A stretch of 63,996 nt of DNA, counting the filler, from Parasitella parasitica NRRL 2501 (taxonomy: Eukaryota > Fungi > Mucoromycota), in assembly GCA_025201805.1 (NCBI GenBank). It is 13 parts of 12 records of this genome, joined end to end, with 100 filler letters (N's around TTAATTAATTAA, not from the genome) between each part and the next. Parts side by side here need not be neighbours in the genome. Positions count along the whole stretch, not along the records: positions 62,981 to 63,996 come from MU619332.1; 12 more parts are not named here. One strand, given 5' to 3'. Positions 62,981 to 63,996 of this stretch are shown in pieces. Position 1 is the stretch's first letter, and each line of letters starts with the position of its first letter. The position numbers and the translations under genes were made by a program. The notes under the pieces were generated by a model, which had not been told where the DNA came from, ran no database searches, and was given only the letters and a program-made list of their open reading frames with translations.

Positions 62981-63996
62981 AAAAAGTCCATTATGGCTAA
63001 ATATTAGAGCATTACGTGAATCAACGTGCACTTCATACGCATGGTATGCCTGGTGCAGATCGACTTTACTTATTATACGAGCGCTAGAAGAGACTCTTTC
63101 AAATATCTCTTGAATTTTTGGAATGGCGAGGTTTTCATGGTAATCTTTGTCGATTGCAGCATTGATTTTGCGCAGATCGCAACAGATTCGCAACTTGGTA
63201 ACATTGTTATTTTCATCCTTCTTTCCTACAGCCAATAATGGCGAATGAAATACAGATGAAGGTTTGCATCTTTCCACGATTTTGCATTCTAGCCATTCTT
63301 TGATTTGCTTTTCAATTTCTTTGTGTGCATTAATTGCAAGAGGATATTGTCTTGCATAGCAATCCTTAGGATCTGAGATAGGAATGTGTACCACACTTTC
63401 AGGCATAGTACAAACGGCATCAGAAGGTATACTTTTGTTCGCCTCCAGAGCTTCCTCAATTTGCTTCATAAGGATCTTTCTCTCTTTTGGGGATCCATAA
63501 TTTGCATCCTCAGGATTGTAAGCATTGTCATCATCGTAGTTGATATTTTTGAATTGCTCCCTTTCTTTATCTCTATTATCAGCCCAGCAATGAGCGACAC
63601 CAGATAAATAAATACGAAGCTTAGGCAGGATGTCAACTCCCAAGAGTATATCAAATTCCTCTGCCATTGTGTCATTGAATTCGATAATTTCAAATGCATG
63701 TTCAAATTTTATACCATTCATATATGTAACTGTCATGGGTTCAGTTTTACCAATGCGTTTAATGCTATTTGGTTGGCCATTTTTATCATTTCCAAGAAAC
63801 ATAAGGTAGCCACCCATAGACTTAATATTTTTTATGTTTGAAAAATCTTTATTCAACACAGACTTATTGATAATACTAATTTCACTACCAGGATCAACCT
63901 TTCCGATTATCCTAATATCATTGATAAGTAGAGGTGTTATTAAATTGAATGAATGATCTTTGTTTTCAGACTTACAATCATTTTGATTTTCGTAAA
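62981..63996 (-). CDS. Second Ty3/gypsy pol fragment (protease + RT)
   Basis: VDPGSEIS protease site upstream of the called ORF; ILLGVD, RQYPL, HSPLLAVGKK, LRICCDLRKIN and KVDLHQAY motifs. Confidence 0.88.

Overview
AT-rich eukaryotic DNA with short spliceosomal introns. Gene and transposon content point to an early-diverging fungus, most likely Mucorales (inference). The assembly is a draft: 12 artificial 100-bp contig linkers (N44-TTAATTAATTAA-N44) make order and orientation across them unreliable. Positions ~4-34 kb hold host genes: a RABL6-like GTPase, an Nha1-type Na+/H+ antiporter, a small membrane protein, samB/MUB1, tRNA-Trp(CCA), a Rab2-like GTPase, a Sos7-like kinetochore protein, and a convergent GT15/GT71 mannosyltransferase pair. 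These are interleaved with a Tc1/mariner element that retains both TIRs, a hAT end, a LINE and old transposase relics. From ~34.4 kb to the end I see no host gene, only nested Ty3/gypsy pieces, solo LTRs, LINE and Helitron relics and a long repeat family. The most notable observations are: Rab2 and Sos7-like genes whose stop codons overlap on opposite strands; helically phased motif arrays (21-bp and 10.5-bp period) in two transposon termini; an unassigned DNA-transposon family with CACCATGGC termini; and two candidate structured ncRNAs. I did not find a new multi-gene system that the sequence alone can establish.
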